Positions 10,563 through 22,088 are shown, numbered from the stretch's first letter. The stretch: 64,000 nt of DNA from Candidatus Caccoplasma sp. (GCA_045613905.1 JAZLBW010000034.1:20715-84714), one strand, 5' to 3'. The notes: a model not told the origin generated them from the letters alone. A program made the numbers and translations.

Positions 10563-11618
10563 TTAGTTATTTTCTTTTTCAGAAAGTTGAGTTTTAAGTT
10601 TCTCAATCTCTTTTTGTAACTCTCTTACGGCGTTGTTGATTTCAGGTAGTCGTTTTGTTAAAACAACCTGTCTTGCAAACTCTTTTGCAGGAACGGCAGG
10701 ATATCCTAAAAGATTTGATTTTGCCTCAACATTGTTTGGAATACCCGATTGCGCTCCAATATTTACATTGTCGCCAATAGTGATGTGTCCTGCAAAACCA
10801 ACTTGTCCGCCAATCATACAATGTTTACCAACCTTAGTTGAACCGGCAACACCAACTTGAGCTGCCATAACAGTGCTTTCGCCAATCTCAACGTTGTGAG
10901 CAACCTGAATAAGGTTATCCAATTTGGCACCGCGTCTAACAATGGTAGAACCCATTGTAGCTCTGTCTATCGATGTGTTTGCTCCAATTTCAACATTATC
11001 CTCAATGATTACATTTCCAATTTGAGCAATTTTTACGTACTCTCCGTTTTGAGGTGCAAAACCAAAACCATCACTACCAATAACTGTTCCGGCATGGATT
11101 ATCACATTGTTTCCGATTACGCAGTTGTGGTAAATTTTGACGCCTGGATATATTATACAGTTTGCTCCAATTTTCACATTGTCGCCAATGTATGATTGAG
11201 GATATATTTTGCTATTGTTGCCAATAGTGGCAAAGTCCGAAATATATGCAAAAGCACCAACGTAAACATCCTCGCCAATAGATGCGCTGTCTGATATATA
11301 TGAATTGTTCTCTATACCGTTTTTTTGAGGTCTGGTGGCTTGGTCAACCATATTCAACAAAAGAGCAAGACAAGCATAAGGGTCGTCAACCTTGATAAGA
11401 GTGGTCTTAACCTCTTGCTCGGCAACAAAATCTCTTCTTACAAGAACTGCGCTTGCTTTAGTGTCGTAAATATGGTGTGTATATTTGCTATTTGCGAGGA
11501 ATGATAACGTCCCGGGTTTTCCGTCATCTATTTTAGAAAGATTATTTACTTTAATAGAACCATCTCCTACAACCTCTCCGTGTAAGAACGATGCAATTTG
11601 CTCAACTGAAAATTCCAT
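10563..11618 (-). CDS. lpxD: UDP-3-O-(3-hydroxymyristoyl)glucosamine N-acyltransferase
   Basis: Hexapeptide repeats, [29 protein letters not shown]. Confidence 0.96.
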   Translation of the reverse strand: MEFSVEQIASFLHGEVVGDGSIKVNNLSKIDDGKPGTLSFLANSKYTHHIYDTKASAVLVRRDFVAEQEVKTTLIKVDDPYACLALLLNMVDQATRPQKNGIENNSYISDSASIGEDVYVGAFAYISDFATIGNNSKIYPQSYIGDNVKIGANCIIYPGVKIYHNCVIGNNVIIHAGTVIGSDGFGFAPQNGEYVKIAQIGNVIIEDNVEIGANTSIDRATMGSTIVRRGAKLDNLIQVAHNVEIGESTVMAAQVGVAGSTKVGKHCMIGGQVGFAGHITIGDNVNIGAQSGIPNNVEAKSNLLGYPAVPAKEFARQVVLTKRLPEINNAVRELQKEIEKLKTQLSEKENN

Positions 11619-11988
11619 AATGTGTTAATTTTCTATTTGTTATATTGACTTTTTTGTTTTTTTACAGCTGTCAATACAACAGAATACATATAATATATTA
11701 TGCAAATTTCATAAAAAAAATTAATATAACAATCGTATTTTATACAAAATTTATCATAATGAGTAAATAGTTGTTTTTTGGTATTGTGTAATACGCTGAA
11801 TAACAAATACTTATTTATATAAATAGAGGTGTCTGTAATTGCTGCTGCGAAATTATTGTTTTCAATGTTAATTTGCTTGCTGTTAATTAATATAAAATCT
11901 TTTCATGTTTAACAAATATTAATTACTAAAATGGTTGTAAACTAAATAATTTCTCTTTTTTTTGTAAAAAATTTAATATGATATAAAA

Positions 11989-14900
11989 ATGAGGCGAAAC
12001 ACCTGCTTGTTACTTATAATCTGCGTGTTTTTTACCTTATTCGAAGGTAATGCAACCGAGAAATTGTACGACCCATATATGCCTGAACCATTACCAGTCG
12101 GCGCACCGGAGTGGATGAAGGCAATAGAGGAGAATCCCTCAGGGGTAAACTTCAATGAGATGCAACGCTTTTATCAAGAATGGACAGCATCTGATGTTGA
12201 TGTTCGTGTAAGAATAGTGGAAAATAAACAGGTTGTTAATTTCTTTCGCAGATGGATGAGTGCATATAAAAAGTATGCTCAACCTGATGGAACAATACAC
12301 CTACCAACAATGGATGAGTATGCCAAACAAATTGACGCCATGAATGCATCTTTGGCAAACCCCAAAAAGCATCTTAAATCGGAGGAGGTGTCTCAAATAT
12401 GGAGAAATATAGGACCAAATAAAACTTACGTTCAGAAAAATGGAGAGGTAAAAGAGAAAGATTCGCAGGTTTGTGTATTTCGTATAGCCGTAAGTTTGAG
12501 TGATAAAAATACTCTGTATTGCGGAACTGAAAGCGGAGTTGTATTTAAAACAACCGACCATGGTGAGAATTGGTATCCATGTTCTCCTTTGCATAATTTC
12601 GGAGGCTCTATTTTCAGTATAGCAATTGATCCTGTAGATAATAACATTGTATATGTTGGCGGAGGTCCGTGGTTGTGGAAGTCAACCGATGGAGGAGAGT
12701 CTTGGAGTAGATGTGAAGGAATATCAAATCGTGTGAACTCGATTCGAATAAACCCTGATAATAGAAAGATTATTACCATTTCAACAGGAGATAAAGATAA
12801 TAAAGATGGCAGTGGATTCTATATTTCAGAGGATGGCGGAGAGAATTTCTTTTGTACAATAACAGGAATATGTTTCGATCACGAATTGCAACCAGGCAAT
12901 CCAAACAGAATATATCTTATTAAAAGAGACTATTACGGAGTTTGGACATATTTCTATTACTCTACCGATGGCGGTTATTCATGGACAATGTCATCGTTGC
13001 CGGTAAGTTTCACCGTGTGTGGAAGATTGGCAGTTAGTCAAGCTGAAGGAGGAGAGAACTATGTTTATGCACTTGTCACATCAAGCTCTTATGGCTATGA
13101 TAGTGGACCATTTGGAGGAAAAGGAGAACCATCTATACTTGTTTCAAAAGATGCAGGAATCTCTTGGGAAGATAAAACAAAATATGATGGTTGGAGTACA
13201 TTCTCTCCTATAATGGATACGTCAGGAGGTCAAGGCTACTTTGATATGATGATTGGAGCATCTTCTTCCGACCCCAAAAAGGTATTGTTTGGATTGACAT
13301 CTCTATATCGCTCAACCGATGAGGGAGTAACTGATTATAGAGACGGAGGAATAGGCGGATACCAACGCTCAGATTGGATGCACTGTGATATACAAGATAT
13401 AGCCATTCACCCCGATGGAGATACATGGATTTGTAACGATGGAGGAATAAAATATTCTGCCGACTTTTTTGAGACAAAAGGAGAAGATAAATACCGAGGA
13501 ATATACGCATCAGATTATCAGGGATTGGGTGTTGGATGGAATGAGGATGTAATGGCGGCAGGACGTTGGCACAATGGTGATGTGGTGCATGCAAAAAGTT
13601 TTGGCGAAGGAAATTCACTGCACGTTGGTGGTGTTGAAATAGCAACAGGATATGTAATGTTGAGTAACCCATGGAAAGTATATTTTACCGATGCGGGAAC
13701 ACGAGTTCTCTCTCCTGAAATGGGTGGAATTGTGATGGATGATTACATGACATGGTTCTCAAATATAAAACCTTATGAAGCACTTCGTATAAACGGAAAG
13801 ATTGCAACAGATCCAAGATATGCCTTGAGAGTGTTTATTCAAGATATGACAAATCCGATAGAGGGATATTTATCTCAAGATGAAGGAGCTTCGTTTCAAA
13901 AAACATTCGATAGCGAGGGAGAGGATTTTTATGATTATGAATTTGCTCGAACCAACCCCGACAGATTATACATAATAGGAAATTTCCATTTGTGGCGTTC
14001 CGATGATGGAGGCTTGACATTTAAAGAGATGTCATCGCGACCATTCCCGGAACTGGACATGTATATGTACTTTACAAAAGTGGTGGTTGATCCAAATGAT
14101 GCAGACCATATTATAGCAATATGTTGTAACTATGAGGGTAAGGTTGTTGAGAGTTTCGATGGAGGAGAGAGTTGGCAACCCTTTGATTTAGGCTCTTTGG
14201 CTGATAAAAAAATACATCAAATAATTCTTGTGGGAGACGAGTATAACAGTTGCTATGCAACATCTTACGAGGGGGCAAATGTTTGGTTTAAAGACTCCAC
14301 CATGACCGACTTTATTGACTATTCAACAGGATTACCTCCCGGTGCAAGAATTTCAAAAGTAGTACCATTCTATAAAGATGCAGTGTTGCGTATGGCAACC
14401 GATCAAGGATTGTGGGAAGCTCCTCTCTATCATCAAACGTTCCGTCCTGTGGCACAACCCATGGCTTTGAATTTGGGAGGAGGAGATTTAACAATGAATC
14501 CAAGCAAAGTTGTGCAGTTTGATAGTTATAGTATAGTTCATCAAGATGAAAATACCGTCTGGCAATGGAGCTTTTCACCTCAACCACAATCGGTAAGTAA
14601 TGCAAATATCCGTAATCCTCAAGTGGTATTCGGAAAGGCTGGAAGGTATGATGTAACTCTTACAGTAACAACTCCTGCGGGAACTTCTTCTCGTACAATT
14701 GAGGATATGATTGTAATTGATGGTCCCGAAGGAGTAGAGGGTAACGAATTGGTAGGAGAGGTAGGAGTAAAGAGTAATGTAATATCATTATCTGAGAGTT
14801 TGACATTCATAACCTCGGGATTAATAACCCAGGGAGTTATCACAATTCATAATACAAAAGGTCAGTTAATGTTCAGCCAACAAGTATCACCACAGGATAA

Positions 14901-15000
14901 AGAGGTTGAACTGACTCTTCCCAATTTAAGTAGAGGATTATATATATACTCAATAAAAACACCAACACAAAAATTCTTTGGAAAATTTATAATAAAATAA
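11989..15000 (+). CDS. Secreted BNR/Asp-box (VPS10/YCF48-like) beta-propeller protein with PKD domain and T9SS-type C-terminal domain
   Basis: Signal peptide; many S/TxDGGxS/TW boxes (KSTDGGESW, YSTDGGYSW, RSDDGGLTF, ESFDGGESW); PKD (WQWSF...GRYDVTLTVTTPAG); CTD (LSRGLYIYSI...GKFIIK). Confidence 0.8.
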   Translation: MRRNTCLLLIICVFFTLFEGNATEKLYDPYMPEPLPVGAPEWMKAIEENPSGVNFNEMQRFYQEWTASDVDVRVRIVENKQVVNFFRRWMSAYKKYAQPDGTIHLPTMDEYAKQIDAMNASLANPKKHLKSEEVSQIWRNIGPNKTYVQKNGEVKEKDSQVCVFRIAVSLSDKNTLYCGTESGVVFKTTDHGENWYPCSPLHNFGGSIFSIAIDPVDNNIVYVGGGPWLWKSTDGGESWSRCEGISNRVNSIRINPDNRKIITISTGDKDNKDGSGFYISEDGGENFFCTITGICFDHELQPGNPNRIYLIKRDYYGVWTYFYYSTDGGYSWTMSSLPVSFTVCGRLAVSQAEGGENYVYALVTSSSYGYDSGPFGGKGEPSILVSKDAGISWEDKTKYDGWSTFSPIMDTSGGQGYFDMMIGASSSDPKKVLFGLTSLYRSTDEGVTDYRDGGIGGYQRSDWMHCDIQDIAIHPDGDTWICNDGGIKYSADFFETKGEDKYRGIYASDYQGLGVGWNEDVMAAGRWHNGDVVHAKSFGEGNSLHVGGVEIATGYVMLSNPWKVYFTDAGTRVLSPEMGGIVMDDYMTWFSNIKPYEALRINGKIATDPRYALRVFIQDMTNPIEGYLSQDEGASFQKTFDSEGEDFYDYEFARTNPDRLYIIGNFHLWRSDDGGLTFKEMSSRPFPELDMYMYFTKVVVDPNDADHIIAICCNYEGKVVESFDGGESWQPFDLGSLADKKIHQIILVGDEYNSCYATSYEGANVWFKDSTMTDFIDYSTGLPPGARISKVVPFYKDAVLRMATDQGLWEAPLYHQTFRPVAQPMALNLGGGDLTMNPSKVVQFDSYSIVHQDENTVWQWSFSPQPQSVSNANIRNPQVVFGKAGRYDVTLTVTTPAGTSSRTIEDMIVIDGPEGVEGNELVGEVGVKSNVISLSESLTFITSGLITQGVITIHNTKGQLMFSQQVSPQDKEVELTLPNLSRGLYIYSIKTPTQKFFGKFIIK

Positions 15001-15004
15001 AACT

Positions 15005-18000
15005 ATGAAAATAAGTAAACTTTTAGCAGGAATAGGCTTTATGGTTTTTAGTTTGAGTATATCGGCTCAAATCACTACTGACATGGAAAAGTATTACACT
15101 CCATATATGTTGGACTATTTACCTGCAGGCTCTCCTGCATGGATGGCACAGTTGGCAAAACCGCAGAACCTGAACTATTATGCCATGCTCGATAGCTTTA
15201 ATACCTATTTACGCAATAATCCCGATGCGAGACGAAAGACACCTCAAAAGAAACAGGTTGTAAATCACTTTCGCCGTTTTCAAGATGCGTACATAAATTT
15301 TGTGGATAAAGATGGTATAATACGTCTGCCTAAGGTAGAACAATATCGCAAAGAGGTAAGCGATATGAATCGTATAATATCAAGAAACAACATTCTAAAA
15401 TCAACAACAAAAGATTCTGAAGAGGGAGATAAATGGAAGGTTATATCTCCTTTTATGACTTATGACATATACACTAAAGAGGTCTCTCCTGCACAGACCA
15501 ACATTCAACGATTTGCTGCGTCACGTTCAAATCCCAATATCTTATATTGCGGTTCTGAAACAGGGCTTGTATTCAAGTCTACTGATAAAGGAATGAATTG
15601 GATTCCATGTAATGGAGGAGAGTGGTTATCCGGGGAGGTAACCTCAGTTGATATAAGCCATACAAATCCAAATAAGGTTATGGTGGGAGCAGGAGGAGCC
15701 TATTGGCTCACAATCGATGGAGGAACGGTGTGGAAAGATATTACTCCTGATCCCTACAATTATAGCAGAACAAGTGCAGCTCAATTCAAACCCGATAATG
15801 ATAAAGTAATATTGGTAGGAACAAGAACAAACCTCTATCGCTCAACCGATGGTGGAGAGAATTGGTATCTAATGCTTAACGGAATGGTTTTTGACGTAAG
15901 ATTTTCACTTCAAAATCCAAATATTTGTTATGCTGCCGTAAAGCAAAACAACACTGTAGCATTCTATAAAAGTACAGATGCAGGAGAGAGTTGGAATATG
16001 CTCTCTGTTACCGACCGTCCTTTGATTAGTGCTCGCATAGGATTAAGTGAAGCACCAACAGGCGCAGATTACGTTTATATATGGGCATGCAGAATAGATA
16101 GTTACACCCAATATAACGACCTCTTTTTGAGTGGTTCTCCATTAATATTTAAAAGCACCGATGCAGGAGTATCGTTTACGGAGTATGACCCTGTTTCTCA
16201 AATGGAGAGTGTCGATAAATTCGGAGGTCAAGGTTACTACGATATGGTGTGTGTGGCTTCTGCGACAGATCCTGAAACCGTATTGTTTGGTATAATTCAA
16301 CTCTATCGTTCAACCGATGGAGGTAAGACAATCGAGAATATAGGAGGATATTACGGAAACAGTAGTAAGGCAAATTTTGACTTACACTGCGATCAACAAT
16401 GTATTCAAACCAATGGTTCGGGAGATACTTGGTTGTCGACCGATGGAGGAATTATATACAGCAATGACTTTTTCGAGTGGCATGCCGAGGGGCGTTTCAA
16501 TGGAATATATGCCTCGGAATTATGGGGATTTGACCAAGGATGGAATGAAGATGTAATTGTTGGAGGAAGAAACCACAATGGAAACATGGCGCAAATCGAC
16601 CAATATAATGGAGCAACCATATACATGCGAGGATCGGAGCGTCCGACAGGATATATCTTTCTATCCAACCCACGTAAAGTTTTTTACAGTGATGGTAGCG
16701 GAGCTGTAATACTTCCTGATGACATGAACGATGAATTTGAGACACTGTATAACTTTTGGATATATCCAAAGGAATCTACCCAGCATGGAATAGGTTTTGA
16801 GTTTGACCCCCGCTATGCTCAATGTTTTTATGTGGTAAAAAGCAGTAGCTTTTGGGATGAGGAGTATAAAGTGTTGTGGCGTACAACAGATGACGGATTG
16901 TCATTTTCAGAGGTTTACAAATTTGACAATCCAATATCTTCTGTCGCAGTTTCTCGCTCAAATCCTAATAAGATAGTTGTAGGAACATACGGAAGAATAT
17001 ACTACTCAACCGATATGGGAAATACATTTACGGAGTATATGATACCCGAAGATATGACATATGCCATAAACTATAAAATAGCCATACATCCTACAAATGA
17101 AAACGAGATATGGGTAAGTGATAATAATCCCGGAGGAATGTGGGTAACAAAAAATAATGGAGAATCGTGGGAGAAGTATGATGATGGACTAACCATCGCA
17201 TCGTGGGATAATACCGTAACACCACATCAGGTAGGACGATTCTTCCTTACAGGAAACGAAAAGAATGCGGTATATGCAGTAGCCTTTACAATGGGATATT
17301 TGAATGAAAGATATACAACACCACGTGGTAGGCTGTTGTATAGAGATGATACAACCAACGGATGGATTGACCTACACGACGGACTTCCAAAAGTGATGGT
17401 GCTTAATCGATTGTTGCCATTCTACAAAGAGGGAGTGGTTCGTTTGGCAACAAACAACGGAGTCTGGGAAAGAGATTTGGTGGATAAAGAGTTTAAACCC
17501 ATAGCACAACCATTGTTGTTGAATGTAGGTTCTGGAGATAATACCACCTCTGCATATCCCACAGAGATACAACTTGAGAGTTACAGTATAGTAAACCAAA
17601 CGAATGCAGAATGGAAGTGGGATATACACCCCGAACCATTATACATAAGCTCAAAGACAGAGCGTAATCCGATAATGAGAATTGAAAAGGATCAATCTTA
17701 CGATATAACCCTTACAGTAACAACACCTGAAGGAACCGATTCAAAAACCATAAAATCAATGATTAAGGGTTCAAAACCTGTGCCCGAAGATACAGGGGTC
17801 GAGGAGACTTATATAAGTTCGCGCAGCCTTAAACTGATTTCGGGCAATAACCTCAAGGCAGGAGAAGATTTTGTCTTTTCCCTTCAAAATATCGGAAGCA
17901 TAGAGATGAAACTATACTCAACAACAGGTAAAATGGTTGCATCTCATAGAGGTTCGTCTCAGATAAATCTCCCTACAACAGGGTTATCTTCAGGAGTCTA

Positions 18001-18064
18001 TTTCTATATGGCTATCGACGATAAAGGATATAAATATACAGGAAAACTATTGGTAAAAGAGTAG
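15005..18064 (+). CDS. Paralogous secreted BNR/VPS10-like propeller protein with PKD domain and T9SS-type CTD
   Basis: Same architecture as the upstream gene; shared LYCGxExG, GGQGYxDM, HCDxQ, GWNEDV, PFYK...RxAT; CTD LSSGVYFY...GKLLVK. Confidence 0.8.
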   Translation: MKISKLLAGIGFMVFSLSISAQITTDMEKYYTPYMLDYLPAGSPAWMAQLAKPQNLNYYAMLDSFNTYLRNNPDARRKTPQKKQVVNHFRRFQDAYINFVDKDGIIRLPKVEQYRKEVSDMNRIISRNNILKSTTKDSEEGDKWKVISPFMTYDIYTKEVSPAQTNIQRFAASRSNPNILYCGSETGLVFKSTDKGMNWIPCNGGEWLSGEVTSVDISHTNPNKVMVGAGGAYWLTIDGGTVWKDITPDPYNYSRTSAAQFKPDNDKVILVGTRTNLYRSTDGGENWYLMLNGMVFDVRFSLQNPNICYAAVKQNNTVAFYKSTDAGESWNMLSVTDRPLISARIGLSEAPTGADYVYIWACRIDSYTQYNDLFLSGSPLIFKSTDAGVSFTEYDPVSQMESVDKFGGQGYYDMVCVASATDPETVLFGIIQLYRSTDGGKTIENIGGYYGNSSKANFDLHCDQQCIQTNGSGDTWLSTDGGIIYSNDFFEWHAEGRFNGIYASELWGFDQGWNEDVIVGGRNHNGNMAQIDQYNGATIYMRGSERPTGYIFLSNPRKVFYSDGSGAVILPDDMNDEFETLYNFWIYPKESTQHGIGFEFDPRYAQCFYVVKSSSFWDEEYKVLWRTTDDGLSFSEVYKFDNPISSVAVSRSNPNKIVVGTYGRIYYSTDMGNTFTEYMIPEDMTYAINYKIAIHPTNENEIWVSDNNPGGMWVTKNNGESWEKYDDGLTIASWDNTVTPHQVGRFFLTGNEKNAVYAVAFTMGYLNERYTTPRGRLLYRDDTTNGWIDLHDGLPKVMVLNRLLPFYKEGVVRLATNNGVWERDLVDKEFKPIAQPLLLNVGSGDNTTSAYPTEIQLESYSIVNQTNAEWKWDIHPEPLYISSKTERNPIMRIEKDQSYDITLTVTTPEGTDSKTIKSMIKGSKPVPEDTGVEETYISSRSLKLISGNNLKAGEDFVFSLQNIGSIEMKLYSTTGKMVASHRGSSQINLPTTGLSSGVYFYMAIDDKGYKYTGKLLVKE

Positions 18065-18083
18065 TGTAATATTATAGGTGCAG

Positions 18084-20297
18084 ATGAAGTGTAAAAACTT
18101 GATATTACTTGCAATAATGCTAATAACCACATCAATGCTGAGTGCTAACGATAGCACTCAGGTTGATTTGGAAGAGGTTGTTGTTGCAGTAAGCCGTTGG
18201 CATCAGAATATAGATTCGGAGCCGGTAAAGGTTACACTTTTAGGATTTGAAGAGATGAACTCTTACAATCCTCAAACTGCGGCAGATTTGTTAAACTTCT
18301 CTGGCGAGGTATTTGTTCAGAAGAGTCAATACGGTGGAGGCAGTCCTATGATACGAGGATTTGCCACCAATCGATTGCTCTATTCTGTGGATGGAGTCAG
18401 AATGAATACCGCAATATTTCGATCAGGAAATATCCAAAACGTAATCTCTTTAGACCCTTTTGCAATATCAACAACCGAGGTTTTGTTTGGTCCCGGAGCC
18501 GTAAGTTACGGAAGTGATGCGATAGGAGGAGTAATGGTGTTTACAACACTCTCACCTGAATTGTCAAAAACAGAAAAACCACTTTTACACGGTTCTGCAA
18601 CATTAAGAGGAGCAACGGCATCGGGAGAATTTACAGGTCATGCGCATATAGGAGCGGGATTTAAAAAGTGGGGATTTCTTACAAGTTTCACCTATTCTAA
18701 GTTTGGAGATCTTAAGCAAGGACGGTGCGGTACTGAAGATTATGTACAAAAATATATAGTGCAACCGAACTATATCGAGGGTAAAAGCGTTAATGATATA
18801 GTAACGGTAAATACAGACGAGAGGTTGCAAAGCCCAACGGGTTACGACCAATTCAATATAATGCAGAAGTTTCGCTATGCTCCAAATGAACGCTTGAATT
18901 TAGAGTATGCTTTTCATTATAGTCAAACTTCGGAGTATGCACGATATGATCGTCATCAACGAATGAGAAACAATCTCCCGCGATATGCAGAGTGGAATTA
19001 CGGACCTCAAAAGTGGATGATGAATCAGTTGAAAATAGAGAGTTCGCGTTCAACAGTAATGTATGACTCCTTGAAGGTGAACGCAGCTTTTCAATTGTTT
19101 GAAGAGAGTCGCATATCAAGAGAGTTGAACAAACCCAATCGTGAAACACAAAGAGAGAGAGTTGATGCGTGGAGTGCAACTGTTGATTTCAGAAAAGAGA
19201 TACTATCTTCTCTATATCTGTTTTATGGTGCAGAGTATGTGCAGAATAATGTAAAATCCACAGGAGAGGGGTTAGACGTAGTGGCAGATCAAACAACTTT
19301 GGTACCTTCGCGCTATCCATCAGCTAAATGGTACAGTATGGGAGTTTACACACAAGTTGAGTGGCAACCCTTAAAAAGACTGAACATAGCAGCAGGAATA
19401 AGATATAATCACTATCTTATAAACTCAGACTTTTCAACAGCAGGATATGAAGTACCCTTTGATGAGAAGCAAACCTCAAATGCAGGAAGCGTGAGTGCGA
19501 ATATTGGATTGAATTGGCAACCAAAGGGAGGGTGGCTGATGAGATTGAATTATGCACGAGGTTTTCGCGCACCTAACGTCGATGATATGGGAAAACTTTT
19601 TGATAGTGCCGATGGCTGTGTGACAGTTCCAAATCCATCACTAAAACCGGAGTATGCCGATAATGTGGAGTTGGGTATTGCAAAAAAGTTTGGAACATTC
19701 TTGACAATTGATGTTACAGGGTATTACACGCATCTAAACAATGCAATTGTACGTCGCCCTTCAACATTCAATGGTAGCGAAACATTGAACTATCAAGGAG
19801 AAGATTGTCAAGTTCAGATGTTGCAGAATGCGGCTGAGGCAAACGTATGTGGAGTTCAGGCAGGAGTAGAGGCCGAGTTTGCAAGGTGGTTCTATATCAA
19901 CGGACGAATAAACTATCAGTATGGACGAGAAGAGTTGGATAGTGGAGAAAAATCACCATCTCGACACGCCGCACCACTTTTTGGACGAATGGCACTCGGA
20001 TTTAAACATAACAAAGTAACAGTCGAAGCATATTCGCTATATCAAGGAGAGCGTCGAGCAGAGGATATGCCGGAGGAGGAGAAACAGAAAACTGAAATTT
20101 ATGCGGTGGATGCAAATGGCAATGCCTATTCTCCGGGTTGGATAACAATAAATCTTAGGGCAACATATAATATATATAAGGGATTAACTTTAAGTACAAC
20201 GCTTGAGAACATAGCCGATAAAAGATATCGTCCGTATAGTAGCGGAATAAGTGCTGCGGGAAGAAACTTTACCATAAGTGCAACATATAGTTTTTAA
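18084..20297 (+). CDS. TonB-dependent outer-membrane receptor (iron/heme-type, not SusC)
   Basis: TonB box LEEVVV, QKSQYGGGSPMIRGF, YGSDAIGG, GFRAPNVDD, ENIADKRY, C-terminal YSF; alternative GTG start at 18078. Confidence 0.9.
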   Translation: MKCKNLILLAIMLITTSMLSANDSTQVDLEEVVVAVSRWHQNIDSEPVKVTLLGFEEMNSYNPQTAADLLNFSGEVFVQKSQYGGGSPMIRGFATNRLLYSVDGVRMNTAIFRSGNIQNVISLDPFAISTTEVLFGPGAVSYGSDAIGGVMVFTTLSPELSKTEKPLLHGSATLRGATASGEFTGHAHIGAGFKKWGFLTSFTYSKFGDLKQGRCGTEDYVQKYIVQPNYIEGKSVNDIVTVNTDERLQSPTGYDQFNIMQKFRYAPNERLNLEYAFHYSQTSEYARYDRHQRMRNNLPRYAEWNYGPQKWMMNQLKIESSRSTVMYDSLKVNAAFQLFEESRISRELNKPNRETQRERVDAWSATVDFRKEILSSLYLFYGAEYVQNNVKSTGEGLDVVADQTTLVPSRYPSAKWYSMGVYTQVEWQPLKRLNIAAGIRYNHYLINSDFSTAGYEVPFDEKQTSNAGSVSANIGLNWQPKGGWLMRLNYARGFRAPNVDDMGKLFDSADGCVTVPNPSLKPEYADNVELGIAKKFGTFLTIDVTGYYTHLNNAIVRRPSTFNGSETLNYQGEDCQVQMLQNAAEANVCGVQAGVEAEFARWFYINGRINYQYGREELDSGEKSPSRHAAPLFGRMALGFKHNKVTVEAYSLYQGERRAEDMPEEEKQKTEIYAVDANGNAYSPGWITINLRATYNIYKGLTLSTTLENIADKRYRPYSSGISAAGRNFTISATYSF

Positions 20298-20357
20298 CAA
20301 ACGACTAAATTCATATTCTATTCAAAGAGATAAAACGAAATAAATAAAACGTCTATT

Positions 20358-21545
20358 ATGAAATTATTACAACAAAAACTTGCGAGATATGATGCTCCAC
20401 AAAAGGCAAAAGCATTAGGAGTATATCCCTACTTCAGAGCAATAGAAAGTGACCAAGACACAGAGGTTGTCATAAATGGTAAGAAGGTTTTGATGTTTGG
20501 CTCTAACAGCTATTTGGGGCTGACAAACCATCCTAAGATTAAAGAGGCTGCCATTGAGGCAACCAAAAAATATGGAACAGGATGTGCAGGCTCACGTTTC
20601 TTAAACGGAACATTGGATATTCACACACAATTAGAACAACGTTTGGCAGAATTTGTAGGCAAAGAGGAGGCAATAATCTATTCAACGGGATTTCAGGTAA
20701 ACCTTGGCGTTGTTTCGTGTCTTACAGGTCGTGCCGACTATATAATATGGGATGAATTGGATCACGCCTCAATCATAGAAGGACGTCGATTGGCATTCTC
20801 AACCCAACTAAAATATAAGCACAACGATATGGCGTCTTTGGAGAAGGTATTAAAATCGCTTCCCGAGGATAAAGTAAAATTGATTGTGACAGACGGAGTC
20901 TTCAGTATGGAGGGTGATGTTGCAAATCTACCCGAGATAGTACGTTTGGCAGAAAAATACAATGCTGCAACATATGTTGATGAGGCTCACGGTATTGGAG
21001 TATTTGGGCGTAACGGACGCGGAACATGCGACCACTTTGGAGTAACCAAAGATGTTGATTTGATAATGGGAACGTTCTCAAAATCATTTGCATCATTGGG
21101 CGGATTTATTGCTACAGATTCTGTAACAGCCAATTATCTCCGTCATAACTCACGTTCATACATCTTCAGTGCAAGTATCACTCCCGCTTCAACAGCGGCA
21201 GCAAATGCGGCTCTCGATATTATGTTGAGTGAGCCCGAACGTATCGAAAATCTTTGGACTATAACAAACTATGCTTTGAACGGATTTCGCAGTATGGGAT
21301 GTGAAATAGGAAATACATCAACACCAATCATACCTTTGTATATTCGCGACAACAACAAAACATTTATGATTACTCGCGAATTGTTTGAAGAGGGCTTGTT
21401 TGTAAATCCTGTGGTATCTCCTGCAGTGCCAAGTCAAGACACCCTGATACGATTCTCGCTAATGGCAACCCATACAAAAGAGCAATTGGATTATGCCTTT
21501 GACAAAATAGAGAAGGTATTTAAAAAGTATGAAGTAATAAAGTGA
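20358..21545 (+). CDS. spt: Serine palmitoyltransferase (alpha-oxoamine synthase family)
   Basis: GVYPYFRAIESDQDTEV N-terminus typical of Bacteroidetes SPT; GSNSYLGL, GCAGSRFLNGT, DEAHG, GTFSKS (PLP Lys). Confidence 0.85.
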   Translation: MKLLQQKLARYDAPQKAKALGVYPYFRAIESDQDTEVVINGKKVLMFGSNSYLGLTNHPKIKEAAIEATKKYGTGCAGSRFLNGTLDIHTQLEQRLAEFVGKEEAIIYSTGFQVNLGVVSCLTGRADYIIWDELDHASIIEGRRLAFSTQLKYKHNDMASLEKVLKSLPEDKVKLIVTDGVFSMEGDVANLPEIVRLAEKYNAATYVDEAHGIGVFGRNGRGTCDHFGVTKDVDLIMGTFSKSFASLGGFIATDSVTANYLRHNSRSYIFSASITPASTAAANAALDIMLSEPERIENLWTITNYALNGFRSMGCEIGNTSTPIIPLYIRDNNKTFMITRELFEEGLFVNPVVSPAVPSQDTLIRFSLMATHTKEQLDYAFDKIEKVFKKYEVIK

Positions 21546-21592
21546 GTTGTTGGTTTTTAGTTCTCAGTTGTTAGCAATTGATTAAAATAAGC

Positions 21593-21625
21593 AAAGAGTT
21601 GCATTTTTAAGGTGCAACTCTTTTT
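21593..21625. terminator. Bidirectional intrinsic terminator after spt
   Basis: aaagagttgca...tgcaactcttttt between convergent genes. Confidence 0.75.
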
Positions 21626-21674
21626 GTATTATTCTAACAACTACCCGAAGGGCAACAAAGTTAACAAGTAAAAA

Positions 21675-22049
21675 CTACTTCATAAAAACAAAATATACTG
21701 CCATAACAAGGCATATGAATGCAGCAAGGTGATTCCAATGCAGAGCCTCGCCTTTGAAACATACCGAAGCAAATATTGTGAACACCACAAGAGTAATAAC
21801 CTCTTGAATAACCTTTAACTGCATAAGAGTAAATGGACCACCGTTACCTATAAAGCCAATTCTGTTTGCAGGAATCTGAAAAGAGTACTCAGCCAAGGCA
21901 ATACCCCAAGAGAATAGAATAACCACCCAAATGGGCCAACCAGTAGAGATTTTCATATCTTGCAATTTAAGGTGTCCGTACCAAGCAAGAGTCATAAACA
22001 CATTTGATATGACCAATAAAATTACTGTGTAAAATGCTGATAAATACAT
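21675..22049 (-). CDS. DMT-family small membrane protein
   Basis: SNVFMTLAWYGHLK, SWGIALAEY, PANRIG, QLKVIQEVITL. Confidence 0.88.
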   Translation of the reverse strand: MYLSAFYTVILLVISNVFMTLAWYGHLKLQDMKISTGWPIWVVILFSWGIALAEYSFQIPANRIGFIGNGGPFTLMQLKVIQEVITLVVFTIFASVCFKGEALHWNHLAAFICLVMAVYFVFMK

Positions 22050-22055
22050 GTTTTA

Positions 22056-22088
22056 AATTAGGAATTAGAAATTAGGAATTAGAAATTG
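22056..22088. repeat. Tandem heptamer tract (AATTAGG/AATTAGA)n
   Basis: aattagg aattaga aattagg aattaga aattg. Confidence 0.75.
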
